Counted from the first letter of the stretch, positions 50,951 through 64,000 are shown. The stretch is 64,000 nt of DNA from Tubulanus polymorphus (GCF_964204645.1 NC_134031.1:16975807-17039806), one strand, 5' to 3'. Notes: generated from the sequence alone by a model not told the origin. Numbers and translations: made by a program.

Positions 50951-53900
50951 GGGGTCGCGGTATGTCGAGGCGACCATTTCAAACCGGACGTAATTATTTC
51001 ATTTATGTTAACACCAGTAACAGCGATTTGCGGATTTGCGGGTTCAGGAACGGATAATCACATTGAGCAGTTGACCCGGGCAACTTCAATCTGTGGTACA
51101 TTTTGCCAACTCATGTCGTTGTTATTGGCGCCGTGAAAACATCAGAAAATATCTTTCCGACGCCAGATTGGGGTGATCTGAATTTCACAAAATGTCATAA
51201 TGCAAGCTTATTGACAGTACATCCAGGATGGATATCGGGTTCATTTCCAATTTGTAACTGATAGAGTTTTTGCCTCTTATCCCACGCAATAGAGGAAATG
51301 AGCAACCTTTTGCCTATATCTAATTTCCCCTATTTCCCATCCACATGAAACCCCTAGTGACACAGTTCGTAACTGTGTATTGCTAGTAAATTAATCACCT
51401 TTTAAACAACAAGAGCTACGGCTTCAAGCAAATGCTGTAATTCTATGAGGTTGATTACATGCGGAATGGGCAGTAATAAAAGCAATGCCGAATGAATAAT
51501 TTAGGTTTGACTCGGATTGAAGGACTTTCTCCAGACTTGCTGGTGGTAACTCCAGTCCAACTTGACTCGGAAGAAGTTTCGTGCAGAAAAATTATTCAAA
51601 CGGATTATGAGTTGATATTTTTTTTTACCTGGAAATCGAATACGGTATACCGGATTTCCGAGGCTTATAGCTATATGAATGACAACACGGGCCACGTTAT
51701 GTTGGCAGACGACAATGATTGATTATACAGTGCGTTCACATCACAGCAGTCTAGTGGATGTCTGTACTGCGCGATAACAAGTTATTTCGACTGCGATAAA
51801 ACCAAAACTTCCCGTATCGAAGAACCGATGCACCCCAATAAAAGAAGATCTAGTGGACATTCTCTCTTTTCTTTTCTCGTCGTAAAATTAGTTTACACCT
51901 GTTAAGTACACCGAGAAGCCCTGGAGAAAAATCCAATAACCATATACGCAGATAGTCACCACCATCGAAGGATCAACGTCATTGTCACAACTTGCTCTCC
52001 GCGCGATCGAACAGAACTGCTTTTCTTGGCAATCTTTTTTCCAGCGCTCATACTGTAAGCCTCGGATTTACCGTGGCCGTGAGATTGCCGTTTTAAAACC
52101 ATGCTTAGATTTGACGGATAGGATTGACTCTGTCACTCTCGACAAAAGAATTCGCCTGTCCTAATGAAGATTAAGAAGAAACCGTTTGGCCATCAATTTA
52201 TATAAACGTTCTATACGGTAAATAATGGGCTTCAATCCCCTAATTAAATCAGCCTCTCCCATAGCGTGGAAGAAATAGGCAACAATTTGATCTGAGATAA
52301 AGATCTCCCAAGGCGTTGATAAATTTGCATGAGGTGACTCATTGATAGCGGAGTTAGAATCCACACAGTATCCGAACAGCTTCCGAAATGTCCACCCTTA
52401 TGGTGTATTTCAGATACGCATTATTTGCTCAATAAAGAAAAAGGACCCAGTAAAGATTCACAGTCGTGAATTACGTCCAAAATTGGTCGTGAAATCTTAT
52501 GATTGGTCTTTAGTTGTAAAATGGACCATAATAAAACGAAGTTGGTATTAGAACGGTTTTTAATGACTGTAAAAATTACCCTACAGTCTCAAAAATGTTC
52601 TTACCAAAAATATATACTTACCAAATGGAATATATACACTATTTTGTGGAATAGCAACGAGTTAAACTTCGCAATGGGTCGCGTCAAAAAGTAAAAATGT
52701 AAATCCCTCAATCATGCCGAAACGCTTAAAATATTGTAAATCATTCCTGGCCATAGCTTCTAGAGGAAAACCGAAAATTCGGATTTTTGATAAATGTTAA
52801 CTATATGTAGAATAGGTTTGATTAAACAAAATTCGTCAGTAATTTAGTCGACGAGGTGTTGAACGCAGGACATTTTTCACCAATTTTTATGGACTTTTTG
52901 TATTAGCATATGCGGTGAAAGCCGTGATATTGTAAATACATTTATTGGTATCTAGACATGCTTCATAACTAATCTATAAGAAAACTGTTTAAAGCGTCGT
53001 CCTTTTCGTGTTTTAGATATCGATATTCGTTCATTTTCATCGACACTTCAAACGTTTTATTCCGATTCTTCACACACAATCCTATTATACTTTCCCGCAG
53101 ACGAATCCCGCTGGTGTTTCTGCAGTTGTCTTCTTACTTCGAGTATCGAGATCAATTACTTCACGCGGGATTCTGACGTATCATCTCCGGGACAGAATGA
53201 TGGAATTATGATAACGCGCGCGCACGAAGCGACATCACAGGAAAATAACATCTCTTCTCGATCGACAGAATTGGTTGTTAAGACATTTTAGCCCGAGGAG
53301 CCCGTCTTAAATCAATTTCATCGAGTGTCGTCTTGTCGTGTAGCGAACGGAAGTGCGTGTTCACCGGAAGTGAAAAGCCATAATTTTAGGGACGTCACTG
53401 ATTGCATTCATGCGCTTCCCCATTGAAATAGGATCTCAACGGCATGTTATATGTATCCAGGGCCTGGATTTGACTCGACTCGGAGCCATCGGAGCCAAAC
53501 TAATTGAATTTACTAAAACGTCAACGCATACTGTGCGCGCGAATATGTTAGGCCTGGGAGGTGGTTAGGCGTACGACTTCACGTAGACTAATCCCAATGA
53601 AATGTATGATTTTTTTTTCGTTTCGCGTCTCCAACCATCTATCAGCATCTATCTCAGAATCACATTAATCAAGTTGATAAATCGATGTTTCAAAAAAGTA
53701 ATGAATATAAATCTGATGGACGTGCGTATATTAGATATTTAACCTCAGTAGTTTCGGGGGCGACGAATGCGGGAATTGAACTGGCGAATTCTCTGCGAGA
53801 AGCTCGTTAGTCACCTTGCACCGGCATGCGACTGTCTGAAACAGTTTCTCTCTCACCATTCCCGGCGCATATGGGGTAAACGCGGTCATATTACAAACTT

Positions 53901-54453
53901 GTCGCCGTGGAATCCTCAAAAGGCGTTCACAACCGCGCACGATCATGTAATAGCCGTCTTTCTTATAGTTATAGATCCGCACTCGAGTATACCACCACCT
54001 ACTCTATTAATTTCGCGATAGTCCGTATTAGCTTGCCTCGAACAGTCGCCGCCGATATTAATTGATAACCAATGTCGGTTTTTGTTTAACGCCGACGTCG
54101 TATGCGATGAGGTTTTTTCGTTCGTACATTTTCATGCTCGGTTCGTCGCGAAGAACGAAATCGCGAGCAATTGGTATTCGTTGACGGGCCTGTATGCGGA
54201 TATGTGATTATTCGACATCACACGGGCGGATTGAGACCTATATACATCTAAACATACATATACCTGATTCTCTCATTAGATAAAGAGCCCTGATGGCATA
54301 TAGATGAGGGAGGACGCGGTAGACGAAAACAACTTTTTAAGCGACTTATACTACGACTACGGCTATATTTCTTGGATCTATTAGATCTTAATAGATTCTA
54401 GACAAAATGCGGAAGCTAATCGGACGACGTGAAATATGGCAGAAGTTCTTCAG

Positions 54454-54883
54454 GGTCCAGTTTCACGAAAAAGTTTATGCTTAACGATTAAGTTTGAATT
54501 GTTGTCCCTCATTGAAAACATGAGTTAAGTAATAAATGGCAATTATACCAAAAATTTGAGTTTAACTTTTTCGTGAAACTGGGCCCAGGCCCTAGTTTCA
54601 CAAAACCAGTTTAAGCTTAAAACGGTTAAGTTTCGAATTGTTGGAAACATTGAAAAAATGAAGTAACCAATAGCAATTACACCAAAATTTGAGTTGAACT
54701 TTTTTTATGAAACCGGACCCAGCAGGACTGCAGCTATGGGCTCAGGGGCCGGTTGCATAGTCATGGCTTAGATTTAAGACTGGTATAAAACCAACTTTGT
54801 TCTATACTCGATCTAACAACTTAAGACCAATCTTAAGATTCAAGACCACTTTTGGACTTAAGTCACGACTGTGCAACTGGGCC
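54454..54883. mobile_element. Cluster of three Harbinger/PIF-like MITEs
   Basis: 54454-54585 and 54589-54719 are the same family, head-to-tail, sharing one CAG. 54746-54883 is a different family. Each element is bounded by CAG on both sides and has GG(G/T/C)CC-like TIRs. Confidence 0.8.
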
Positions 54884-57800
54884 CAGGAGTCAAAGTAAAT
54901 ATGCCGCGATACGTATAGACGCTGTATGATAATCGTGTGTCTCAGCCAATAAACTATCACCGTCACATAAACTAATAATTAACTTATGAATAATAAAAAC
55001 TACGAAGGAAATTTCTTCGAATATGTCAGTGTTACTTCGTCGTCATTATCACCTTAAATGCGTCGATAAAAAAGATTTACAACAGTCATGACGCCATATT
55101 AGGAGGAAAATCTAAAGGCATCTGGCAATAAACCGAACCTCGTATATTATAACTAGACTGCGGGAAACCGACGCTTGATGCATTTTCTGCTTATGACCGG
55201 TGGCAGAGGCGAGCAATCAGAAAAGTGTCAGCGATGGCGTCGATATGCAAGAAAAAAATTCGCTTCGAATCTCGACTGGTGCGAGAGAGAACGGCGACCG
55301 AGCAGACTGAACGGGCACCACCGGAGACAGCTAGGAATATACTCGAAGCCTCGGGTAAATTAGATATGACGGCTTTTTTTAGCGAGGTTTCCATGCCGTA
55401 TCACGAACGGTGACGCTAATGTGTTGCTTTCGTGCTTGAATCTGGAGCCCCCCGTATCAGCGGAGCTTTTTTTATGTCGAGGGTGTTTTACTTTAGTGGC
55501 AGCGGCGGTGCGCTAATGTGTCACTTCCGTTCTTGATTCTAAGTACCTTCTAGTTTTTTTAGTGAGATATCGTTCCCAGTTTTTCTTGAAATCTTTTGAC
55601 GCCGTTTAAACCGTTACAATAATGTCTAATATACATTGATATCTGGTATGCGTTATTTATAAAGGGGTTCTCTGTTAGTCGATGTGCACTACGTCATCAA
55701 TACTGGCGTTTCAAAATAACGATTACAATTGTTAATTTTGGTGTTTATTTTGTAATTACATATATTTCATAAATCTTATTTTATATTTGACAAAATTTCA
55801 ATACTTATTTTGTGAGAGAATGCGGACTACGTCATCAATACATCGGGGCTTGACTTGTTGCCGGTCAATTCAATTCAATTATCGATATATTTAAATCCAA
55901 AATAAGTTTATCGATCCTAGTGATTTATATTATGTCATTTAATGCGGACGGTATAAAGCAATATATCGGTACATAGGCCTATTTGCGTTGTTTTTCTAGA
56001 CGTCAATTAACTTCAAGTTAGTTTCCATACCTATATCTTTGCCGTAGTGATGTTTTGCTGATAAACGAGTGAATATTCCTACTGTGCAACACTGCAACAA
56101 CACTGCTGATGTTATAGGTGCTAGTATTGGGTAAATCAAGACACGCAGCTTAGCTGACAAACACCGATAGTGCTTGATAAAGGTTAGTTTCATTAGCTGT
56201 TAATTAAAGTCGATTGATTTTTGATCTCGTCAGCATGACGTGAAGCCTCTGCCGCTGGTGGCAATTCAACTGATGTGAGATTAAGCAAACGAACGTTTGA
56301 CACGATGCCGCGACGATTTGGGGGGGGGGGGGGGGTGTCCTTGACCTGTTTTCGCGTGCGGATTGGTCATAACCTTTCTTACTTCCGTTGAACCGTGCCG
56401 GATCTGACGCTAGCATCGGTCCGTCATTCGAGACGCCCGAATGAAATTTGTTCTAGAGCTAAGCGGGCTGCATATATGCAGATAGACTCTTCGCGGATGG
56501 AAAAAATCGAAATTATCTTTATTGTATTCGCCGTCGATTCATAGCAGTTAATTGCGATTCGGGTAATTCTCTCGTGTAGGAGGCTGGATCAACAGTATGA
56601 GTATACTGTAACATGTAAAAGAGATTGATGATCGACAAGCCATACAACAAAATCATAAATCCTCCGACAAGTTCCCGTGAGCTATCAATATGTGTCCACG
56701 CTGCAGCTTACTTGTTAACACAGAGATCACGTTATTGCCGGCAAGACCGATATACAAACATAAATGTCACACCGGAACCGTATATTTACCGATAATCCCA
56801 CTACAAATGACCGGAACATTTCACCGATACTGCGAAAATCGAGGATGATAGACGCAGTCAATAGCCCCGAGTGAATGCGACACTCTCGTCTGTTTATTAC
56901 GGAGAAAATCCTGAGAGATGGCCGTGTTCAAGTAATCCGAAATAAAAAAGGTACCGGTATATGGCGACAGACGCGCGTTACGCTCATATGAGCCCCACGG
57001 GTCCGTTAAAGAAAACCTATGCAGACACCTTTTATCTAACTGTAGTGGCCTCCTGGCTCTCGCTTGGCCCTCATATAAGAAAGCCTTCTCAATTTTATTT
57101 TCGTTTGTAAATATTTTCAAACAATGCTTTCCTGTGACATAAATTGTAATTGAAATGACTCTAATGTATCCTGGTAAACGTGAACAAACACTGTAGGTAG
57201 ATACGAGACACACCCAGGTCCAATGATTCGTGGAATTGATCTTAAAAATTATAGTTTCACTGGGGTTTGTCGAACACTTTAATCCGTGTCATCTGAAAAA
57301 GTACCACAACAGTTTTTATCCGATGAAATTAATCGAAATGGAACCAAGATCTTTCGACAGTCGTTGAAAGCTTTAATCAGGTGGGATGGTTTCACTGGTT
57401 TGAAACATCCACTGCAAGGATCGTTTGATCTATGTTTATCTAAGTCCCATTTGCACGCTAAGAACTCATGTTGCAATAAATTGACCATGTCTAGAAATGA
57501 ATAACTATGAATATCGCCATCGCAGTCCTCTTTCGGAGATCCGAAACTCGGGCACCTTAAATCATTAAGTGAAAGCATTGAGCAAAAACGGGTCGTCATT
57601 CGATATACTGTTTACATTGACTGATGTTCATTGCCGACAATTCAATGAAGTAACACTATAGCGACGAGCGAACAGGAATTTAAGGCCGCTTTAAAAGTCA
57701 TTCATCACAATCGTTCGAAATTAATTCATTTCGTATGAAGATTAATCTGCTATCGTTTCAACACAGCCGAATATTGAGTTCGAGTAAAATACTGACTCCA

Positions 57801-58364
57801 CGTCCATTACAAGTCATTCTATCTATATTCATTCTACCGTGACGATACTTAAAGAATTGTATAAGGCCATTTGTCCACTTTTATCTTACACTCTCAATGC
57901 TTATCCTTCGAATCTTAATCGATGGTTTCCAAGATATTGCACAAATTGAAAATTGCTCTCGGGAGCCATTTCTCTGGTTTATGCCCCTTATGCATTGACC
58001 CGAATAAATCGATAAATTGACCCGATCGATTTCAGACCCTCGTTTAACTTGACCTCGGTAAAGCTTCCAGGTAAACACGACTATTCAATATCCAATCATA
58101 ATTCGATACCAATGTTTGAGGTAAACTTATCCCCGACGTGGACCGATGCTGATATATCAGACAAGACATTAAATATTTACCAGCAGTGCAGAAACACGAG
58201 TATATAATTTCAGGCTATCAAGCGGGACTTCAACGAGCATAAACCAAACGGAAACTGCGCCCGTGGGAATTGACATTTCAACGCCGCGAGATCGGAGATC
58301 TGAGGATACTCGCGTCTAAATATTGTGTTTACTCGCAATACACAAGATGAAGAACGTTCACATT

Positions 58365-58590
58365 CAGGCGCGCGCGCACTGACGAGAGAGAGGGAGGGAG
58401 AGAGAGAGGCGACGACGTAAAGAGAGTTACTGATGTTGAGCTTTAGTCTGTAGTCGTTGCCTGGTGTGAATAGTCATTACTCGCGGTATCGCTGATCGAG
58501 AATCATAACGGTTCAGAGCGAAATCCGACCGTGGATGAGAATAACAACTAACACTGAACGGGATAGGATTTATAGATTTTAAAAGCTCAG
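58365..58590 (+). promoter_or_regulatory. Putative promoter and non-coding first exon of the PRRT-like gene
   Basis: GCGCGCGCA, a GAGA/GGGA-rich tract (about 58384-58409), Inr-like TTAGTC (about 58444) and a strong donor CAG|gtaagc at 58590/58591 that could splice to the 62540 acceptor. Confidence 0.5.
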
Positions 58591-61500
58591 GTAAGCGACC
58601 GATATTGATGATTTAGCAGAATTTATCATTACGGTACTTTCAACCACTTAACAAATTCTTCGACGAATGTTTTCGCAATGCGTTTAGTTCTTAAGGTAGT
58701 TATCGATGATTTATATTAAAGATATTCATGAATTCTGGAGGCAATTGAGAATCTTTTTTACAAAGCCTTGGAAAGAAATCATTCGCAGAACTTCGAAAAG
58801 GTTACAGTTCAAGGCTATTTTTACACACTCTTATAGCTTCATTGTTTCCCCTTAGTTCACATAGTTCAACTTCAATTTTCAAATCTCCACGCGAATATCG
58901 CGACGAACGCATGGTTCGTTCCCGTAAGACACATGAAAGAAGCCTTGAAAGGTTATTCGGCTAATCATCCGCTGCTTAAAGACTAACCGGGATATCAGAA
59001 CTGTGCCTTCTAGCTCATGAACTAACCAGATGATACGGTCTAGTAGACGTGACATTACTACACCGAAGAGGATTCTACCTGAGAAGTAACCATCTGGTTC
59101 ATTCGAGTGCTATGTATGTCGTGCTAAAAACGTTCATAGCTGATTAAAAGCTCATATACGCTAGCAGCCATATTTCCTCTCATGTTTCATATTTCAAATA
59201 CGGAAGATACAATATCCCCGAGGTAAGCAAATATCATTTATCCGCAGAAGTGTACTTTGTGAAATGCATAATGCATTCGATGTTGGCTTTATTTGAAAGT
59301 ATACTTTCTGCATATTTTTGGAGTTGATAAATGATTGTTTCATAGCCAGGTTTATGACGATGGCACGAAATCGAAAGAATGTTCGCGTGCACAAAATGCA
59401 TTCCTTTGCGTGGCTCCCAACTACTTTAAAGGCTCTCCTTGGATTGCTTTACGTGCGTTTCAATACTTGAGATGCTATATGCATGAGACATAACAATCGA
59501 AATGAGTAAAGATCTGTTTTATTGAAATGCTATCTAATTTTCTTAAAAACAAGTCATACGGATGATTGTGTTAGGTAAAGTATTAGGCAAATATTCGAGA
59601 TGTCGCCTTCTCCACTGCAACAAACCATGGACTTAACTCTAAAATGACTCTATATCGTTTTAGAGCCCATGAACAAACATAATTATTTGTGAACTGTCAC
59701 CGCTGCAGTCCATTATTCCGAAATCTAAACCATCATCCATCATTAACTATTTAATGTTTGCTGCCATATTGCGCCATTATCAGTCCATTAGATCGGATGC
59801 CGTTTTTTACGCTACACCGCCATTCTTGTCACGTCGTCAATTTCACACTCTCGGCTGCCAGATAATCTCATTACCGTTAAAATGAATTTAAGTTTTTCGT
59901 TGAAGTGTTAAGCGAGATGTTCAATGCGAAGACGACGTCGATAGCGCTGATTTTATCGGATGTAGAACCATTGAACCGTTCATCGGCTGATAATCTACCG
60001 TCGCGAACGTCGCGCTATTGGTTCCTCCGATGAGAACGTAACGCTTTTCGTTTTGCTCGGCGAGAAAAAGGACAAGTTACGACCATTACTGGTTATCAGA
60101 ATATCGAACGAGAATTAGGAACCATTTAGTCAATTCCGATGCATGCAGTTAGCTCTCTTAATTACGTACTTTTGAATGGGATGAGCAGTAATTCAAGTTT
60201 AATTATCGGGAAGACGATATCAATGTTTATAACTTTACCAGCGCGCATTAGTGCATTAACTTTTTAAATGAGTGATTTCATTAAAAAAGTTTATTGCCAG
60301 CTTAGTTCATCGATATTTTTACTTTGTTTCTATCTTAATCCAATCTCGAGATATGAACGAAATAGAAAATGTAACGGGGGAAAATAGGGACAAAAAATTC
60401 AACAATGCGGACCCAGCGGGTATCCAAAAATGGCGCCTGGAAACTGTAAAAAGGCTTATTAATCCGGCTTCAATACCCAAGCCGAGATTCCTTCATCTAT
60501 TTTGAACAACATGCTATTACTTTAAGCAGAGCTGCTACATTTCTAAACCCTAACTAAAAATCTCCTTTAGATAAACACTTTTCGTTGCTGTGTATATATA
60601 AATACTCAATGATATACATCATTGAGTATTTTCTTAATCGGGTAAGCCAAAAAATCAACATAATTTGTATTTCCGTACCATCGTCACTTCCGGTCCAAAA
60701 TGGACCAAGCCTATGCTTTAAAGGATATGCAAAAAGTTATAGCGTTATTCTTTTTTCAATAATAGAAATGGCTGAATCAGGGTTGCATATTTTTGAAGAT
60801 CTGCTTTGATTATGTATAACAATATCGGCGACCGTAGAGAGAGGCTTCAATCATTCCGAACCCGTCGCGCGCGCTGTCATTTCTTAGAAAAAAGTAGCGC
60901 ACACCGGAAGTATGCCCGCGAGAACTCAATTAAATAGAAATGTGAGATATAAAAAGATGCTCCCCCAGAAAACAGACAGCAAATGGCGACTCTGCTTCGG
61001 TGACTACTTCGCCAGCATCCGCCAATTATTTGATAACCCAATTTCTTCTGTGATCTTTGAAACATCGCGACTTCAACGGTTTTGATTTGTTTATCGTCGC
61101 GCTGGGAATTATACCGTGGCTTTTAGATTTTAACTAAATGACGTTCTCTTTCCTCAACAAAATGTGCCAGTCAGCATTTCATGAACCATTTGCTTTCCGA
61201 GCCTAATTTAATGCAATTAAACCGCCTACTGTAGTCGGATACGCACGCATGACGGTTGAACATGGAATGACAAGGCTTATTAAATAGCTTTGAAAGGAAT
61301 CGCGTGAGTTTTGTCAAACGTTCTTGGCATTTAAGGGATGTTTACCTTATCATTGGTTGTGATTACAATTTAAGGAGCTTTCATCTATTCTAGAAAATTT
61401 TTGAATTGAAAAATAATGTTTTATTTTCATTTTTGCCACGGGAATCAAACTTTTTTTTTAATCGTGGAACTGTGTGTTCTATCTTTTAGTGTAAAGTTGA

Positions 61501-62605
61501 TGAACAACGTGAAATAGCATTCACTCGTCTAATTCGTCTAGCTTTTTTATTCAAATTCATTTTTTCAAAATCTCATCAGACTTACGGAGCCGATGAAGAG
61601 AGGGGGCAAGATAGATAGGGAGACAAAGAGACCTGTGATTATTGAATCAAAGTGAACCATCAAAACGAAAAGGCTTCAGTCACATCAGACGAATGCGTGT
61701 GTTATTACAGCGGAAAGATGCCGGAGGCCTTTCTTTATTTCACTTCTGAAATTCAACTACCTTCAACATTTATAGCCTGTTCTTCCAGACATTTTCCATG
61801 GATCCGAACACAAAACACTCAAGTCTGGTAACAGAATGCCAATTAGTATTCAAAACATAGAGACGTTCTTTTATATTTCAGTCAGATCCCTATTTATTCC
61901 GTTTCCGTTTTTATATTCGCTTTTCTTTCTGATACTTGGTACTTGGTAGTTCTAATACATTATGTATTCATGGATCATTAGTTGTTTTCTGCGCTGCAAT
62001 TTTCGGATATTTACGACACCGCTTGTCTGCCGCAATGTTTATGGGTATAATAGAAAAACCAACGGACAAGCATTTTGAACCTTGTAGCGCTAATCATCTT
62101 GCTTTATGATGTCGTTGTGTTCACCAAGTTATCTACATACGTACAATTCGTGAAACGAATGTTGCAATTTGCGGTTGATCCGAAATGGCTTCCCTGTAAA
62201 CGGTGCACGGGATTTTTCTTGATTGATTCTCGAGACAAAATCCACTTTTACCGGAGCACCATTTCGAGACGAAAGGGTGATTGCGTGTCATTAAATCTGC
62301 ATCTAATCTCTGGAGGAAATTCTGGACAGGAATCCGACGAGGGAAATTGCACATGATTGCGCACTGTTACGACGAAACCTACTATGAAATTGAAGGTGCC
62401 TCGGAATATGTTTATTTTTTTCATTATCGTTTACTCTTACTCGATAGAAAGTTAGTTACGTTCGCGTCCAAGGAATATTTCAACATTTATCGGGTTCATT
62501 TAGATTTAACATCGAAATAGTTTTTTTTTGTCTTTTCAGAAATCGGCTTTCTATGGTCCAACAAGATGTGAGGAAAATATGGCGCGATGAATTTGAAAGG
62601 AGTCG

Positions 62606-64000
62606 ATGCAGCAGCGTGCACGGAAACACAACCGACGAGTAATGGATGGAAATCTTAGTAAATCAGAGTTCAATACGATGAAACCAGTGTCGTACGCGGA
62701 ACCGGTGCCCACGTGGAGCAGAGCCAAACGGCAATGGACCTGGGCGTGGGGATTTCATACGTACGGTTTCGGTTCGTTATTCTTGATCACGGCGATCATG
62801 ATGTTCATTTCCGTTTTGAAACTCCACAACAGATGCCGTAATCATAAATACGTCGTGACCTTGAACTCGATGTTACTCGTGTGCGGAATGTGTCGCGGTT
62901 TCTATTTGATTATCGATCCGTATTGGTCAACGAAAATACTACCGAAAACATTCTCGATGGTTCTTTTCGGTGTCGGACACCCGAGTTTGACATCGGCGTT
63001 CAGTTTGCTGCAGTGGGCATTTCTACGGATAACACAGGTGAAATTAGGACCGTGGAGATTTCCAAGCTACCAGGCTCTTTCCATTTTCATATTCTTCCAC
63101 TTTTCGCTAGTCATATCAATAGACGTAGCTGTGTCGTTGGATACGTCCCTAAAACTAATGCTCATCGTTACCGAAAGTATGTTCATATTGTGGGGCTTCA
63201 TTTTGTGCGGGATTTTCATATTCAAGGGTTTCAAAATAACGCAGTTCACCAGCGAAACGCAGAAAGCCCTAAAACAGCTCAGTATGTACAATCACTTCAG
63301 AAACGACCCGGAAGCCTTCCGTAAAGACGGAGTCATTAAACGAGTGAAACGACCGAAAATACGGATAACTAATGACGAGGAAGATACGTTGAGTATTTTC
63401 ACTGAATCTTCGTCTGGGTGCAGTGATTCATCCATCATTTCTTGTCACGTGACGCGATTCAATATCGACAAGGATTCATCGGCGGATGAACGCGCCAGGA
63501 ACGTTTCCGAGGAACCGGAAGAGGTCAATCTGTTAAACAACGCCAAACTAGAAATAATCATGACGGAAGATAATATAACGGTGATCGATCGGCAGTCCTC
63601 CCCGGTCGCCGAACCTGCCACGCAAGACAGTGCGCTGTCTAGTCTCAATACGACTCTACCAGAAAGCAGCAATGGCTCCAAAAGTAAAACCGCTCAAAGC
63701 CTGAAACCAAGCGACGATAATGACGCATCGGTGGCCTCTCACGTGACGTCACCATCTTTATCGGAAGTTTGCTCAAGTTTGGAAAGTGGGAGCGTTTATA
63801 CCGCGGACGATGACTTCGCGAATTCGCAATTCAACGCTTCCAAAACCTGCGCCATCGCGCCGCAATCTCATCATCGAAAGTCGCCAGCGACGGATATAAA
63901 AAGCGCAAATACCGAAAGTGCGGTTTCAGCTCGGGCGGGCGGCGACAATGTTACGTTCGCAGACCACCGTTCCTCTTCCCACGGTTCACTCGAAGGGCTC
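62606..64000 (+). CDS. PRRT3/PRRT4-like multipass membrane protein, 3'-truncated by the window edge
   Basis: The frame is open from ATG 62606 (alternative in-frame ATGs at 62642 and 62678) to the window end, so it is missing from the ORF track. It reads ...WTWAWGFHTYGFGSLF...RGFYLIIDPY...HPSLTSAFSLL..., the W..H.YG.G.LF and DPY pattern of PRRT3/4. Five hydrophobic helices are followed by a long S/D/E-rich loop. Acceptor ttttcag at 62539. Confidence 0.8.
   Translation, partial: MQQRARKHNRRVMDGNLSKSEFNTMKPVSYAEPVPTWSRAKRQWTWAWGFHTYGFGSLFLITAIMMFISVLKLHNRCRNHKYVVTLNSMLLVCGMCRGFYLIIDPYWSTKILPKTFSMVLFGVGHPSLTSAFSLLQWAFLRITQVKLGPWRFPSYQALSIFIFFHFSLVISIDVAVSLDTSLKLMLIVTESMFILWGFILCGIFIFKGFKITQFTSETQKALKQLSMYNHFRNDPEAFRKDGVIKRVKRPKIRITNDEEDTLSIFTESSSGCSDSSIISCHVTRFNIDKDSSADERARNVSEEPEEVNLLNNAKLEIIMTEDNITVIDRQSSPVAEPATQDSALSSLNTTLPESSNGSKSKTAQSLKPSDDNDASVASHVTSPSLSEVCSSLESGSVYTADDDFANSQFNASKTCAIAPQSHHRKSPATDIKSANTESAVSARAGGDNVTFADHRSSSHGSLEGL

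Noticed and set aside
56320-56335. Poly-G run (also poly-C at about 7656 and 14995) as G-quadruplex elements
   Set aside because: Simple homopolymers with error-prone length and no supporting context.
46388-58078. Short ORFs in the 46-58 kb interval as a hidden gene
   Set aside because: I could not build a consistent exon chain or recognise a domain other than the tentative LINE fossil. A gene with tiny exons cannot be excluded.

Overview
Eukaryotic invertebrate genomic DNA (spliceosomal GT-AG introns, AT-rich; a lophotrochozoan-like gene set, but the species cannot be determined from sequence alone). Eight protein-coding genes were reconstructed by hand. (1) NOS1AP/CAPON on the minus strand: only its first coding exon (20848-20741) lies in the window, it is absent from the ORF track, and positions 1-20740 appear to be one intron of more than 20 kb. 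(2) Head-to-head with it, an 11-coding-exon group II PLP-dependent acidic amino acid decarboxylase (CSAD/GADL1-like) with unusual active-site motifs. (3) An intronless FMRFamide-receptor-like class A GPCR. (4) A Prrx paired-class homeobox gene. (5) A convergent 769-aa coiled-coil protein gene. (6) A GAPR-1/GLIPR2-like CAP protein lacking most of the CAP tetrad. (7) PRADC1. (8) A PRRT3/PRRT4-like multipass membrane protein that runs off the right edge and has a uORF-dense leader. Non-coding DNA holds many short non-autonomous DNA transposons (CAG-TSD Harbinger-like, TA-flanked Tc1/pogo-like, others), a Penelope-like inverted-repeat family carrying minimal hammerhead-ribozyme cores in three introns, and a probable very old L1/Tx1 LINE fossil. 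No rRNA, intact tRNA, CRISPR or prokaryotic system was found. Nothing here can be established as a new biological system; the best leads are the intronic hammerhead elements, the divergent decarboxylase and a possible NOS1AP-Prrx regulatory block.
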